DNA of 64,000 nt from Selaginella moellendorffii (taxonomy: Eukaryota > Plantae > Lycopodiophyta). Under the pieces are notes generated by a model, which had not been told where the DNA came from, searched no databases, and saw nothing but the letters and a program-made list of their open reading frames with translations. Made by a program: the position numbers and the translations under genes. The stretch covers positions 124,001-188,000 of the forward strand of contig NW_003314381.1 in the NCBI RefSeq assembly GCF_000143415.4. The letters run 5' to 3'. Below are positions 25,305 to 37,799 of the stretch, in pieces (the first letter of the stretch is position 1; every line of letters starts with the position of its first letter).

Positions 25305-28300
25305 TATAAGTGACTAAATTTTCCATTCTACTTTAGTCACTTAACCACACCTCTGACCACTTAGAGGAGTCTCACTCACAACCTCCATAAGTCCTATTTT
25401 GGACTTGGGCTTGCTAGCCCCGAGAATGGCATCCCCGCCACTCAACCTTTGCACTTGGTCCAAGTGCTCCACGTGTCCGTTCCCATGACCGACACCTCAA
25501 GGTACCACTGACATATCAGCCCGTTATGCTAAGGCCATGCCCCTTGGTCACACCAGTGGTCTAACACCACCTGCATCACAGTCCCGTCTCTCAAGGACTG
25601 TGCCATGAAGTCCTTGGTGAAGTTAAGGAACAAAATTCTTAGTTCAAAGCCTTGATTTGAACTATTGATAATGGTGTGGCTTGGCCAAGGTGACCAAGTG
25701 GGAAGGACATCTAAGGGAAAAGGGGAGGGGGGAGGGGGGAGGGGGGAGGGGGGGGGGGGGGTTGCGGGGGGTTTCAAAAGTATAGTAGGGAGAGTGTGGG
25801 GGTTGGAGCCCAGTGGAGCTAGTTTGGCTAGGAAAGGCCAGTTTGGCCCAGGAAGGCCATACCCAGTGTTGGGTGATGAACTAACCACTGGGAAGTCCAA
25901 GACTAGAGTGAATATAGACTGACAAATGGGTAGCTTGGTAAAGTGTTTAAGAGCCGGCTCTAGTTCCCCCGGGAGATCGACTGGCTGATGCTCCCAGTCC
26001 AAGTGTGGGGGGCACTACCTACTTGGATACCAGAGGACCGTGGGACTTAGTGGTCGGGCTTATGGGCCTTGATCCAGTGGCAGTGTTGGCAAACACGGCC
26101 ATGGACGGAAAGGGACTTTGTGAGGACCAGAAAAGGGATATTGGGGAAGGCTATTCCCCATGTCTGTGGGCATCCTAAGGATGCTAAGGAGTGGATCTAG
26201 AATGATCACTCATGGACGGAACCGTACGATCATCTAGTGATCTAACCTTGGCACCTTAACAGGTTTGCCAATAGGTACTAGGTCTTCCAAACCTTTAACT
26301 TGTTGACTATGACCCCGGGGGCATCCCTCACACTTGGTGGTGCACCCAAGCCAACCCTTCCGGCCAAGGGTCCATAGCAATTGAGATTGGGTGTCCCCAT
26401 CTCATTCACCACGACTTTGGTGCTACCTGCACCAAAGTGTTTAAGTTAGATAGGCCAAGCTTTCACACTAGGCAATCTAACCATGTATCATGACTCCGGA
26501 GCATCCCCCGCTTGGCGGTGTGCCCAAGTCAGTCCCCTCACTGAGAGTCCATGACCATCGAAATATGAGTGTCCTCATATTCCAAACCATCACCACGCCC
26601 TAGTGATTTGGGACTTGAACCCAAGCACTAAAGGGTTGGGACTCAAACCCAACCTCCGCATATGCATCTACGGATGGCATCACCCAGGGTGCCTGGTGTG
26701 ACTCCCCATGCCGGTGCACCAACTTATACTTAAAGTGTGCTATAGATCATAGCTTAGGAACCTAGTTCCTCCACACTGCCAAGTCCTCTCACTTGACACG
26801 TCTGTGATCATGCATGGACTCCTCCACGCTTGGCCCCATGGCCCCCCTTTATGAAGTTATCACCTTCAACTAGGGTATTTGTTCCCCTGACTTGCCAATC
26901 TCACTTGGCAAGTCCTCTGACCACCGTAACATAGTTCCTGCATAAGCATGAAAGTCCTTGACCATCGACTTTCGTTCAAAGCCCTCTCTTTGAACACTCA
27001 GGAACTACTTCCCTAACCTTGATATCTTTGCCTCTTGGCAAGCTTCAAGACCACACTTCTGCTGCGCCACTCTAGTTTCACATGTTCCATGAACCATTTA
27101 CACTTTGGCCTTTCTAGGTACTAAGCTACCTAGAATCGTCTTTGGGAACCTTGAAGGGACTCTATCCCTTAGCTTGCCTAGGCCTCCCTTTTCGCAAGCT
27201 TTCTAGTTGCCATATAGTCTAACATGGACAATTCCATATTTTAGACTCTCCATGGCATCAAGGTTGCTTCCACCCTCGAGCCCCCACTTGATTCTCCACT
27301 CCCAGCTGGCATAACCAACCTTGGTCATGCCCTTCGATTCCTACGGTTCGGTTCTATCCCCTTACTACTTGCTTTTGGCTTTACACCTTTCCTTCGGTCA
27401 TTCTCCTCTAGACTAGGAGGATAGCTTCGCACTTTCTATCATGCCTTAGCAAGTATTCTTAGGGATGAACCTACCTGATAGCCTAGGGAGTGGTTCCTCA
27501 ATCCAGGTATACTCACCTTATAATCCCACACACCAGGATTAACGTTGCTGCTCATGGGCCTTCATTAGCCTTGCCAAAATTCCATTTTTGGCTTTGTCCA
27601 ATTTGGGTAGACAATCTTCTCTCATTTCCGCAACCTTGGACATTTGGATAGCACCTTCTATCCATCATTTGCTAGGGATTTAGTCCTTTGGGCCTTATCT
27701 ATTGCCCTCGCGACACTAAACACCACCTCCTGGTGTTCCAAAGTGTTTGGGTGTCTCAATGATGGTCTCCTTGATAATGAGCATTTTCTTTTATGACATT
27801 GACTCCCTATATCGCAACATAAGCAATTTATCCCCTGTAAGGGTATATCTAACTTCCTTATGCCATTAAGAAGTCTTGGGTAGCTACCTTCTACCCGTTT
27901 AACCAATTATCTTTGCACCTTTTGCTTAGTTGCCCCATAGTTGTCAAGTCCTACAACTCATTGCTTGGTGCTCCCACACCTCCATCATTATTTGGGTCAC
28001 CACACTCCAATTGCATACCTTCCAGCTTAGGCCATGCCATTCTCGCTTCCGTTGGGATTCCCTTGGCAAGGGGTTCTTATGAACCCACCATCATAACCTC
28101 AAGGTATCACACCTTGGCACATTTGGTGTCTTCACACCATCGGCCCCACGAGCCTACCCTTATGACACTACTTATTAGTGTCTGAGTCTTTGCCAAGACT
28201 AATATAGTTGTTCCTTATGCTAACTATCTGTTAGCACCGCACCATAGTGTTTGCACCTAACTTTGGGCCAAAGTTGCTTTCTTCTGGGAACATCTTTCCC

Positions 28301-30881
28301 ACAACTTTAGTATAGCACATTCTGCCATCAATGAGATACCTACTGTTCTCATACTTAGATCTTATGATCCTCCCCATACCTCATGGGGCACCATACACCT
28401 CAGTCCAAATGCTTAAACCAATCCCTTAGGACCATTCCCTGACTCCACTTGAGTCATCTAGCATTTTGGACTTTGTTAATCCAACAACCTGCGAGGTCTT
28501 AGTCTTAGAGGTGCCAACTCACTGGAATACAACTTCTTGTATTCATGTCCTACTCACAAGGATAATCTTCGCAAGTGTTACTCCGACACTTGATGATTTT
28601 CTTGGGGCTACCTTTTGCCCCTTAGGACCACTTGTCCATGTGATGAGAACACCGACTCATCCTCTGAGTACACCCCTAACTCCTTGGGTTGTTCCAGCAT
28701 TTATTAGAGGTAGCCTCGGCTACCATTTCAAGGACTTGAGTCCTCTTCCATACTTGACCTTCCATGGTCACTAATTCTAGTCTCAAATTCATGAGCACCA
28801 ACCTCGATTATATGAAGGTAATCTTGTGACTCCTTTATTGTTTTGGAGTCTCTATCTTCCCCGTGATCCCAACTATAGTTGTTTACCACAACTATATTAG
28901 CCAGTTTGCAAAGTCAAACGCTCATTTGGATCACATCCTCAACTCTATGAGGAAACCCTTATATTGTTCCCAAGATCCCAAAGTCGTTCCCTTACTGGCC
29001 CTTTCCATCCACCACATCGTGCACAAGTTCATGCATGAACTTGAGTGGAGAGCCATATCCTTTCGACATGCTACTCCTCGAGGATAGGTCCATATCTAGG
29101 ACCTTCTGATTCCAATACAAGCGGTGATATACTTGGCCACTAATAAGAGTCGGACTAAGGAACAGCTCCAATACCAAGTTGTAAGCGACTAAATTTTCCA
29201 TTCTACTTTAGTCACTTAACCACACCTCCGACCATTTGGAGGAATCTCACTCACAACCTCCATAAGTCCTATTTCGGACTTGGGCTTGCTAGCCCCGAGA
29301 ATGGCATCCCCGCCACTCAACCCTTGCACTTGGTCGAAGTGCTCCACGTGTCCGTTCCCATGACCGACACCTTAAGGTACCACCGACATATCAGCCCGTT
29401 ACACTAAGGCCCTTTACCTTGGTCACACCGGTGGTCTAACACCACCTGCATCACAGTCCCGTCTCTCAAGGACTGGGCCATCCGTTCATGAGTGATCATT
29501 CCAGATCCACTCCTTAGCATCCTTAGGATGCCCGTAGACATGGGGAATAACCTTCCCCAATATCCCTTTTCTGATCCTCACCAAGTCCTTTTCCGTCCAT
29601 GGCCGTGTTTGCCAACACTGCCACTAGATCAAAGCCCACAAGCCAGACCACTAAGTCCCACGGTCCTTTGGGACTTCCTCACCATGTGACTATGTCCTTA
29701 GTCACTATGCTAGAGGTCTGCTCCTCTTCCTTCCCACAGTCTGGGACTTTGGGGCAACATTTCAGAACACCGTGGCCTTACGCGAGCCACCTGGGTACTC
29801 TCCCTGCCTTTCGCCCTTGGGTGCTCTAGCCATGGACTTAGAGCGAGGTTCCATTGAGCCATGCCTGGTATCCAAGTAGGTAGTGCCCCCCACACTTGGA
29901 CTGGGAGCATCGGCCAGTCGATCTCCCGGGGGAACTAGAGCCGGCTCTTGAACACTTCACCAAGCTACCCTGCTTGTCGGTCCGTATTCACTCTAGTCTT
30001 GGACTTCCCAGTGGTCAATTCATCACTCAACACTGGGTATGGCCTTCCTGGGCCAAACTAGCCTTTCCTGGCCAAACTGACTCCACTGGGCTCCAACCCT
30101 CACACTCTCCCTACTATACTTTTGGAACCCCCCACAGCCCCCCCCCCCCGGTGGACAATTGCTTTGGGCTTTCACTCAACTGCCTGTATTAGTATTCGGA
30201 CTCGAACTCGGACTCGAACTCGGTCTCGGTCCCGGTTTCGGACTCAGTCTCAGTCTCGGTCTCAGTGTCAGTCTCGGTCTCGGTCTCGGTTCCATCTCAG
30301 ACTCCATCTCGAACTCCATCTCGGGTCCATCTTGGACTCCATCTCGGGTCCATCTCGGATTCCATCTCAGGTCCATCTCGGGTCCATCTTGGACTCCATC
30401 TCGGACTCCACTTCGGGTCCATCTCGAACTCCACTTTGGGTCCATCTCGGACTCCAACTCGGGTCCATCTTGGACTCCATCTCGGACTCCACTTCGGGTC
30501 CATCTCGGACTCCATCTCGGGTCCATCTCGGACTCCATCTCAAACTCCATCTCGGGTCCATCTTGGACTCCACTTTGGGTCCATCTCGGACTCCAACTCG
30601 GGTCCATCTCGGACTCCAACTTAGGTCCATCTCGGATCCATCTCGGACACTTCCATGTGTCATGTGTTGGTCCTTTTTGGGTCCCTTTTTGGAGCCTTGC
30701 TTATTGGTTGCCTCGTGCTCGCTCCTCGAGCACTTTGTTGGGAGTTCCACTCCCGCTCTCGACCTTCCAAGTCGGAGCTTTTAGTCCAAATGTGTTACGC
30801 TCATTTGGCTTTCACTTCGGCCACTATCATGTGGCACCCTTTCTGGCTCCATTTTGGGGCCTAGGGATTTTGTGTCTCACA
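25305..30881 (-). mobile_element. LTR retrotransposon family B (non-autonomous or decayed), nested in element A
   Basis: Intact 1.7-kb LTR at 29180-30881 with minus-strand PBS TGGTATTGGAGC at ~29165-29176. The second LTR starts at 25305 but is scrambled by inversions. Flanked by the direct repeat TGTGAGT. Confidence 0.75.
30190..30650. repeat. Tandem 6/12-mer array (ggactccatctc/gggtccatctc) within LTR B; also ~49320-49810
   Basis: Directly visible periodic repeats. Confidence 0.9.
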
Positions 30882-32672
30882 TGTGAGTACCGTGAACTTT
30901 TTCTGGAGTTGTTTCCTTGGCGGTATTCTAGACTGGAGTATGCATCGACGAGGACGTCGATCTTCCTTAAGGGGGGAGAGTGTCGCGAATGTGACTTTAG
31001 GCATCAAAAGTTACTTGTTGGCCAGTCCTTACAGACACTCTTTCCTTACTGCCACGATGGCAGGAGGTCGGTATTGCTGGTTCCCTTTATTAGCCCCTCT
31101 TGTTCAAGTGTTAGTAAACTGGGCTTAGCACCTGTACTTAGCCAGATGGACATAAGGTAGGAGTTTCTAGCTGAGCATACTCGGCCTGGCTCTTAGTTCT
31201 CTTTTGCTCTATCTTGCACTGGCTTGACAAGAACCCTTGCGTATTGAGATTAGTCCCTCAATATCGCTAGATGATAGCTTACCATGTCTACCAAACACCC
31301 TCGCTATCATGCCTTTTGTGTTAGTCTCATTTCGGTCCCAAATGTTATTTATGGAAAGTGTCTAGATTTGATCATTTGGCATATTTATGGAATGTAGAGA
31401 TTGGCCTGAACACAATGGTGTTCGTCCCGTAACCAAATTTGCAATCTAGCGCCATTACATATTTAGTAAGTTTTGAGCTTGTCCTAGAGACTAACTCCTG
31501 ATACTAAAGGAGGCTTGGGGTGAAACCCCAAAGCGTGTGTTCCTCAGGGGGGGGGGGGGGGGCTGTGGGGGTTTCCAAATGTATAGTAAGGATAGTGGGT
31601 AGGTTGGGCATGGCCGACCAACCTGAGGCATAGTCTAGCTCTCGCTTGCGTGCCTGTCCTTGTTCTGCGTCTGGCTTGGGTCTAAGCCCAAGTTCCATTC
31701 CATGCTAGCTGGTGGAGTACCTATGTCCTTGCATTAGGCCACCGATATACCAAAATAGCACTAGACTCTGTTTGGCTCCGTTTTGCGTGCTGGTCCTAGT
31801 ATTGGGATGCTGGTTGCTTCAGGACTGTTCCAAGTCGCTCCAGGCTCCTGTCCCTTCGCTCCTTGGGCTATATGCTTGGGAGTTGCTCCATGGTCTGGTT
31901 CCGTCACTCCTTGGCTCCATGCTTGGGAGTTTGGCACCGTTCCTCGGGTTCCACACCACTATCCTTTGGACACGTGGCATATGACACATGGCATGTGTCA
32001 CGTGGCATAAAGAGGGTTTAGGTTCCACTTCATATGGCAATAGGATAAAGGGTCAAAACCACGTGCGCTACATTGCCATTGAGCCACCACCTCCAGTATC
32101 TCCTCTAAGGGAGATAGCGAGGAATGTGGATGTGGAACAAACTTCCCAAAATCTTGATGATATAGATTCAAGCAAAGAAAATTCTCCCCTCAAAAAGAAA
32201 CCCCACTTAGATTTGAAAATCCAAGTTGCAAGACTTCTAGGGTTCGTTCAATAGAAATTCAATGGCCGAGTATACCAAGGAAAAGTTAGACATAGCAAGT
32301 ATGGTGATAAAGTGCCACACCCAGATCAAGAACAGAATCATGACTCATCTACATTTATAAAGACAACCCTAATGCCGATACAAATCTCTCCGAGAATTGG
32401 GGAAGTGATGAGTATACAAACAGACAACACTAGGCGAACAATGGATAGTGAAGTTGTGAAAGAAATTCCACAACTTAAGCCACAAAGTCCAACACATGAT
32501 GCACCTATAGATGTTGAAAAACCATTAGCTTTAGACACAGCCAATAAGGTGAGTTTAGGCTAAGATCCTGTTGAATTTCTTGGTTGTGATTTTGAAGAGG
32601 ATGAGGCTACAAAAGAGGGTTTAGATGAACTGGAGGAGTATAGTCTTCTTTGGTTCACCTACGCATCTGACA

Positions 32673-33614
32673 GTGACACACCCTCGGCTAATCAGTCTAA
32701 CAAGATGAGGCAGCCATAGCAATAGTAAAAGCCACAGCAGCACTACAAAGTTAAGACTAGTTGTGCCTTTGCTCACAAGATTGCAAATCAACTGAGCAAG
32801 CCAATAATCTGAAACTTTATGGAAGAGCTCACTCAACACATCAAGGGAGGAGGCAAGTAGTCAGTTGACGAGCCAATACAGCTAGTAGAAGATGAAGAAA
32901 TTATGAAGGTGACACACCCTCGGCTAATCAGTCTAACAAGATGAGGCAGCCACAGCAATAGTAGAAGCCACAACAACACTACAAAGTTAAGACTAGTCGT
33001 GCCTTTGCTCACAAGATTGCAAATCAACTGAGCAAGCCAATAGTCTGAAACTTTATGGAAGAGCTCGCTCAACACATCAAGGGAGGAGGCAAGCAGTTAG
33101 TTGACGAGCCAATACAGCTAGTAGAAGATGAAGAAATTATGAAGGTGACACACCCTCGGCTAATCAGTCTAACAAGATGAGGCAGCCATAGCAATAGTAG
33201 AAGCCACAGCAGCACTACAAAGTTAAGACTAGTCATGCCTTTGCTCACGAGATTGCAAATCAACTGAGCAAGCCAATAGTCTGAAGCATTATGGAAGAGC
33301 TCACTCAACACATCAAGGGAGGAGGCAAGCAGTCAGTTGACGAGCCAATACAGCTGGTAGAAGACGAAGAAATTATGAAGGTGACACACCCTCGGCTAAT
33401 CAGTCTAACAAGATGAGGTAGCCATAGCAATAGTAGAAGCCACAGCAGCACTACAAAGTTAAGACTAGTTGTGCCTTTGCTCACAAGATTGCAAATCAAC
33501 TGAGCAAGCCAATAGTCTGAAGCTTTATGGAAGAGCTCGCTCAACACATCAAGGGAGGAGGCAAGCAGCCAGTTGATAAGCCAATACAGCTGGTAGAAGA
33601 CGAAGAAATTATGA
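32673..33614. repeat. Four tandem copies of a 236-bp unit inside retroelement-derived sequence
   Basis: gtgacacaccctcggctaatcag recurs at 32673, 32909, 33145 and 33381. Confidence 0.92.
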
Positions 33615-36609
33615 ATACCATGCATAGGTTTTGAGTTACCTCAAAACAATCACCAAGAAAGTGGATGGAGTTATGGATGAGTAAAATCATCAGTGCCACA
33701 TAACCTAAGAACTCAAGAGCGCAATTTCGGCTTCCACATCCACCAATGCGAAGTGCATCAACTGCCAAAACTAACGCATCACAATGCTCAATCAAGAAAA
33801 TCAAATCATGCATTAGGAACTTGACGATTTACGCTAAAGCATCGAGCTTGTCACTATGAAGACCAAACTCAATAGCTTGGAGCATGATTTGGAGAATTTA
33901 ACTACCTGAGACGAGCAATAGCTTTGTCATGGGGGAGTGATGAAGAGGTAAATGTTTTAACTTTTGTATTTTCCCAGGGAGAGCAAAAAAAGAAACTTTA
34001 GGTGAAATAGAGTTATGCTTAACCTTAGGTATCTAAAGAAGAAAAACTTGACTTAGGCAATATTTATCATAAACAAGTGAGAAGCAATTAGGAATAATTA
34101 TAAAATCATGTAGTGTATAAATAGCACTTAGACGTACTGGAAAACAACCCCCACTCACTATTATATGCATTTACATTAAATTAACCATCTTTTCTCCCAC
34201 TTATGACTATTTATGCAAAATAGAGTTGAGAGAATGATATATATTTAAGAATTTGAGATTAAGTTCTTTTTTATTCTCTTCTCATTCTTCTTCTCTTTTT
34301 ATCTTCTCTATGTTCTTGTCTCTATTTGTTTGTCACTATTTTGCAGACAAGGGCAAAAATGCGAGTATAGGTAGAAAAAGTTAGCATAGAAAACATATAA
34401 CTTGATATAAATACTTATTAAAGCTTGAATAAAATAGAGAGGCCAAGAAATTACAATAACTTATTGATTCTATACACTCTCCTCCTTTACGCTCCTCCAC
34501 CTTGCTCTTCTAGCATTCTTTATCTTTGCTTGTCTTACTTCTCCCTTCTCTTCCCCCTATGTCTTGTCACTTGGGAAGGCTCTCTAGTTAACTAACATCT
34601 TTTCTTTTCAGCTAGATCATTTTTTTCTCTTCTCTTGATTCTCTAACAATAGAAGAGAATTATCTTAATAATAGTAATTACAACAAATTTTCCATGTAAG
34701 AAAAGCCTTTAGTGGCCTCTAAGCAAAGAAGTAGCCTGCCAATGTCTGGATACACAGGCTCAAGTTCTATAAAAAAGCTCAAGTCCTAGACCAAGCATAG
34801 TCCCTAGCAGATGTCTGAAGCAAGTAACTGTTGCAACATAAATAAGAACCTCTTGTCTCTCATCATCTAAGCTTTTGGTAATCTCCACGTGAAGAAATGG
34901 CCTGCAAGAGCTTGGATGAATAGGCTGGTGTAGCATTAGTGTGTAAAAGAGCAAGTCTTCTACCATCTTAGCAAATGTTGGCAACATATTTAAAGGCTAA
35001 AGTTGGCTAGAAAGTGGCAAACCTAAGAGAAAAAGAGGCTTGACATGTGTTCCGTACAGTCCTGAGGCCTAGGTCATGATCCCATATAAATGTGGAGCGT
35101 CATTGGAGATGCTGGGTTTTCTAGGAAATGTTTGAGTGAGGCAATTGTTGTGGACCTGACCCACTCAAGTGCCAGAGCAACATAACACTTCATCTTCATA
35201 CATCCACTGCTTCTTGATGTCCTGAGCATGCTCTACTACTATGTTCTCATAGGTAGTACACGCCCACACTGGCAACAGCTAAGAGAGAAGGTTTTTCAGC
35301 CAGCAAGCACACTTTTAATGCCTAATTGATGCACAAAAGCCACAAAATGACTCCTTAAGACCACAAAAAAAGAGGTGGAGGCATAGGATTGTAAAGCCTT
35401 CTACTCAATCCAGTGGGCAACATTTGCCCCACGACCTCCCTATTGGGCAAATGTGATGTAAGTGGCTGAACTATGCGTAATGTCCTGGACAGCCCCTTGC
35501 ATTGCTTGGCAGACCAGCTCTCGCCATTTCACACACAACCAAGGGGCGTTGAGCTATGCATTGCCAACATCCCTATACCACATCCCAAATGATCTAAGAC
35601 ATTGGCTGCAACCATACATCATAGTAAGTAGGAGAGGCATCGCTAGATTGCCATGAGGAGGGGGTAAGAGCCCTCCCCCCCCCCCCCCCTTCCCGCCCCT
35701 CAAACTGCTAATGGCCAAGTTTTGGGGGTTACACTAAAAAAGCCCCCCCCCCCCCCCCCTCCGAAGGAGGCTGCTGCTGCTGCTTTGTTTCCCAAGCTTA
35801 TGGATCAGAGCCCGGTCAATTGCTTGAATGCCGTCCGCCTTGGAAAAGGACATCTTTGACGAGGTGTTTGAACTGGCCAGCACACTTGAGATTTTTATTG
35901 GTTCTAAACCTGAAATTAGGAGTTTATTTTTGTCTACAACCAAATGACCAAAGAGTTTTGTCTGAAATTCTTCCCCTGAAATATTTTTTTTGCAGCAGCG
36001 CCTACACCAAGCAAGAGCTCCTCGCGCATCACATGGGCTACATGGGAGTAAACATGGAAGTTCTCATGGATTGCCGCAACACCCTCTTTGCGAAAGACCT
36101 TACATCACTGGAGGAGCTCTGGCGGTGGTGTTTTGGACGCTGTGTTTGGTGTACGCCACCCAGGAACATGCGGTGGACGAGACTTTGGTGCTTCTTTGAG
36201 GAGTTTACATCGTCCGATATCAATCTCCATTTCAGAGTACATTGGGTTGGTTCAAAGCTTTGTTTTTCTGCGAGTGCTGTCGCTGTTGCTCGCGAGCCCT
36301 AGAATTTATCAAACTGTCAACAGCCCTGAATGCCCTCCGGCTTGGGCTCGGCATCTTTGACGATGGCCAAAGAGTTCTTTAACTATAGGAACCCAACACA
36401 CTTGTTTTTTTGTTCTAAACCGGTGTTATCATAAAAATTAAGAGAGTTTGTCTGACTTTGCTTTTCAGAAGTAAAGAGTTTTGTCTCAAATTCTTCCTTT
36501 GAATCGTCTTAACCTGGGATCATGCGCAATCCATGACGCCAAAACCCTGATGATTTATAGAGGGTCAAGCAGAATTAGACATTGGAAGTAGAAAGGTTAG
36601 TTCTCTATC

Positions 36610-37653
36610 ATGGGAGCCTCCTCTATCCTTAGCATTTTTGAGGGTACCAAAAGCTTTTACATACCACCGGTCAGCTCTTATCATGTTGATTTGAATCCTG
36701 CTTATGATGCAAAGGTGGATGCTGAAATTGACAAATGGTGTATGGATTTTTTGAACTTGCACGATCTCACTGATCACAAGACTCAGTTTGCCATTCAGAG
36801 CAAGCTGGGAAAACTTGCAGGCTTGGCATACCAGGCCATTTCTTCAGAGAGACTCCGTCCCATGGCAAAATTCTTGTGCTGGTTGTTTCTTGCAGATGAT
36901 TTTATGGAAGATTCTTCTGTCCCTGTCTCTGACCTGAAGAATGCCACACTTGCATACAAGCTCATCTTCAAAAACAACTATGATCAAGCCATAACTCTGG
37001 TGGAAAGTAAAGACCTTCTGCGGCAAATGGGGATGCTTAACGATGTCTACACTGATCTAAAGGGTTTCATGAAGCCTGGACATAAGACCCGGTTTTCGAA
37101 TTCCATGATTGATGTGCTCGACATGTTTGAGGTGGAATCAACTTGGCTTCACAAGAAACTGGTTCCCAACTTTGAGATTTATATGTGGATGAGGGATGTA
37201 ACGGCTGGGGTTATCCCTTGCATGGTGGCAATAGACTTCCTTAATAATTTTGGGCTGGAAGATGAAGTGCTAGAGCATCCCAACATTCAAAGGCTGGAAG
37301 TGATTGCAAATCGCCACACGTACCTAGCCAATGACATGCTCTCCTTCAAAAAGGAATGGGCTTGCGACATGTACCTCAATTCTGTGGCACTGGTTGGTTA
37401 CAGTAGCAACTGTGGCTTAAATGAGGCAATGGAAAAAGTTGCAGAAATGGTTCAGGATTTGGAGAAAGAGTTTGCTGACACCAAACAAAAGGTTCTCTCA
37501 AACAAAGACTTGAACAAGGGAAATGTCATGGGGTATGTGCAAGGCTTGGAGTATTTCATGGCTGGAAATCTAGAGTTTGCCTGGCTCTCTGCGAGATATC
37601 ATGGGGTGGGATGGGTTTCACCAGCCGAGAAATATGGTACCTTTGAGTTCTAG
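36610..37653 (+). CDS. MTPSL: Microbial terpene synthase-like protein, copy 2 (347 aa)
   Basis: DDFMED, WMRDVTAG, NDMLSFKKE, SARY; uninterrupted ORF. Confidence 0.9.
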   Translation: MGASSILSIFEGTKSFYIPPVSSYHVDLNPAYDAKVDAEIDKWCMDFLNLHDLTDHKTQFAIQSKLGKLAGLAYQAISSERLRPMAKFLCWLFLADDFMEDSSVPVSDLKNATLAYKLIFKNNYDQAITLVESKDLLRQMGMLNDVYTDLKGFMKPGHKTRFSNSMIDVLDMFEVESTWLHKKLVPNFEIYMWMRDVTAGVIPCMVAIDFLNNFGLEDEVLEHPNIQRLEVIANRHTYLANDMLSFKKEWACDMYLNSVALVGYSSNCGLNEAMEKVAEMVQDLEKEFADTKQKVLSNKDLNKGNVMGYVQGLEYFMAGNLEFAWLSARYHGVGWVSPAEKYGTFEF

Positions 37654-37799
37654 TTCGCTTCTACTTGCATTAGAAGCTGGTGCTTAAAATAAAACTAATG
37701 GACAATAATACTTTGAATTTCTCATACAACTGTTGAGTAATATATTTCTCCACTTTTTTCTTTCAGTACTAGACATTTACTTTTTGATACAGCAAAAGC

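Larger units (their letters stand above)
18889..32072 (+). mobile_element. LTR retrotransposon family A (Ty3/gypsy, possibly Galadriel-like), heavily decayed internal region, with nested insertions
   Basis: LTRs 18889-20071 and 30981-32072 (TG...CA). tRNA-iMet PBS TGGTATCAGA at 20074. PPT AAGGGGGGAGAG at 30969-30980. Near-TSD TTGTC/TTGCC. Confidence 0.85.

Noticed and set aside
30122-31160. Long Ser/Pro/Arg repeat ORFs (also 17648-18030 and 49206-49910)
   Set aside because: Translation of 6/12-mer tandem repeats inside LTRs.
32673-33614. CRISPR-like or repeat-protein array
   Set aside because: Contiguous near-identical 236-bp units without unique spacers, in a eukaryotic TE context.
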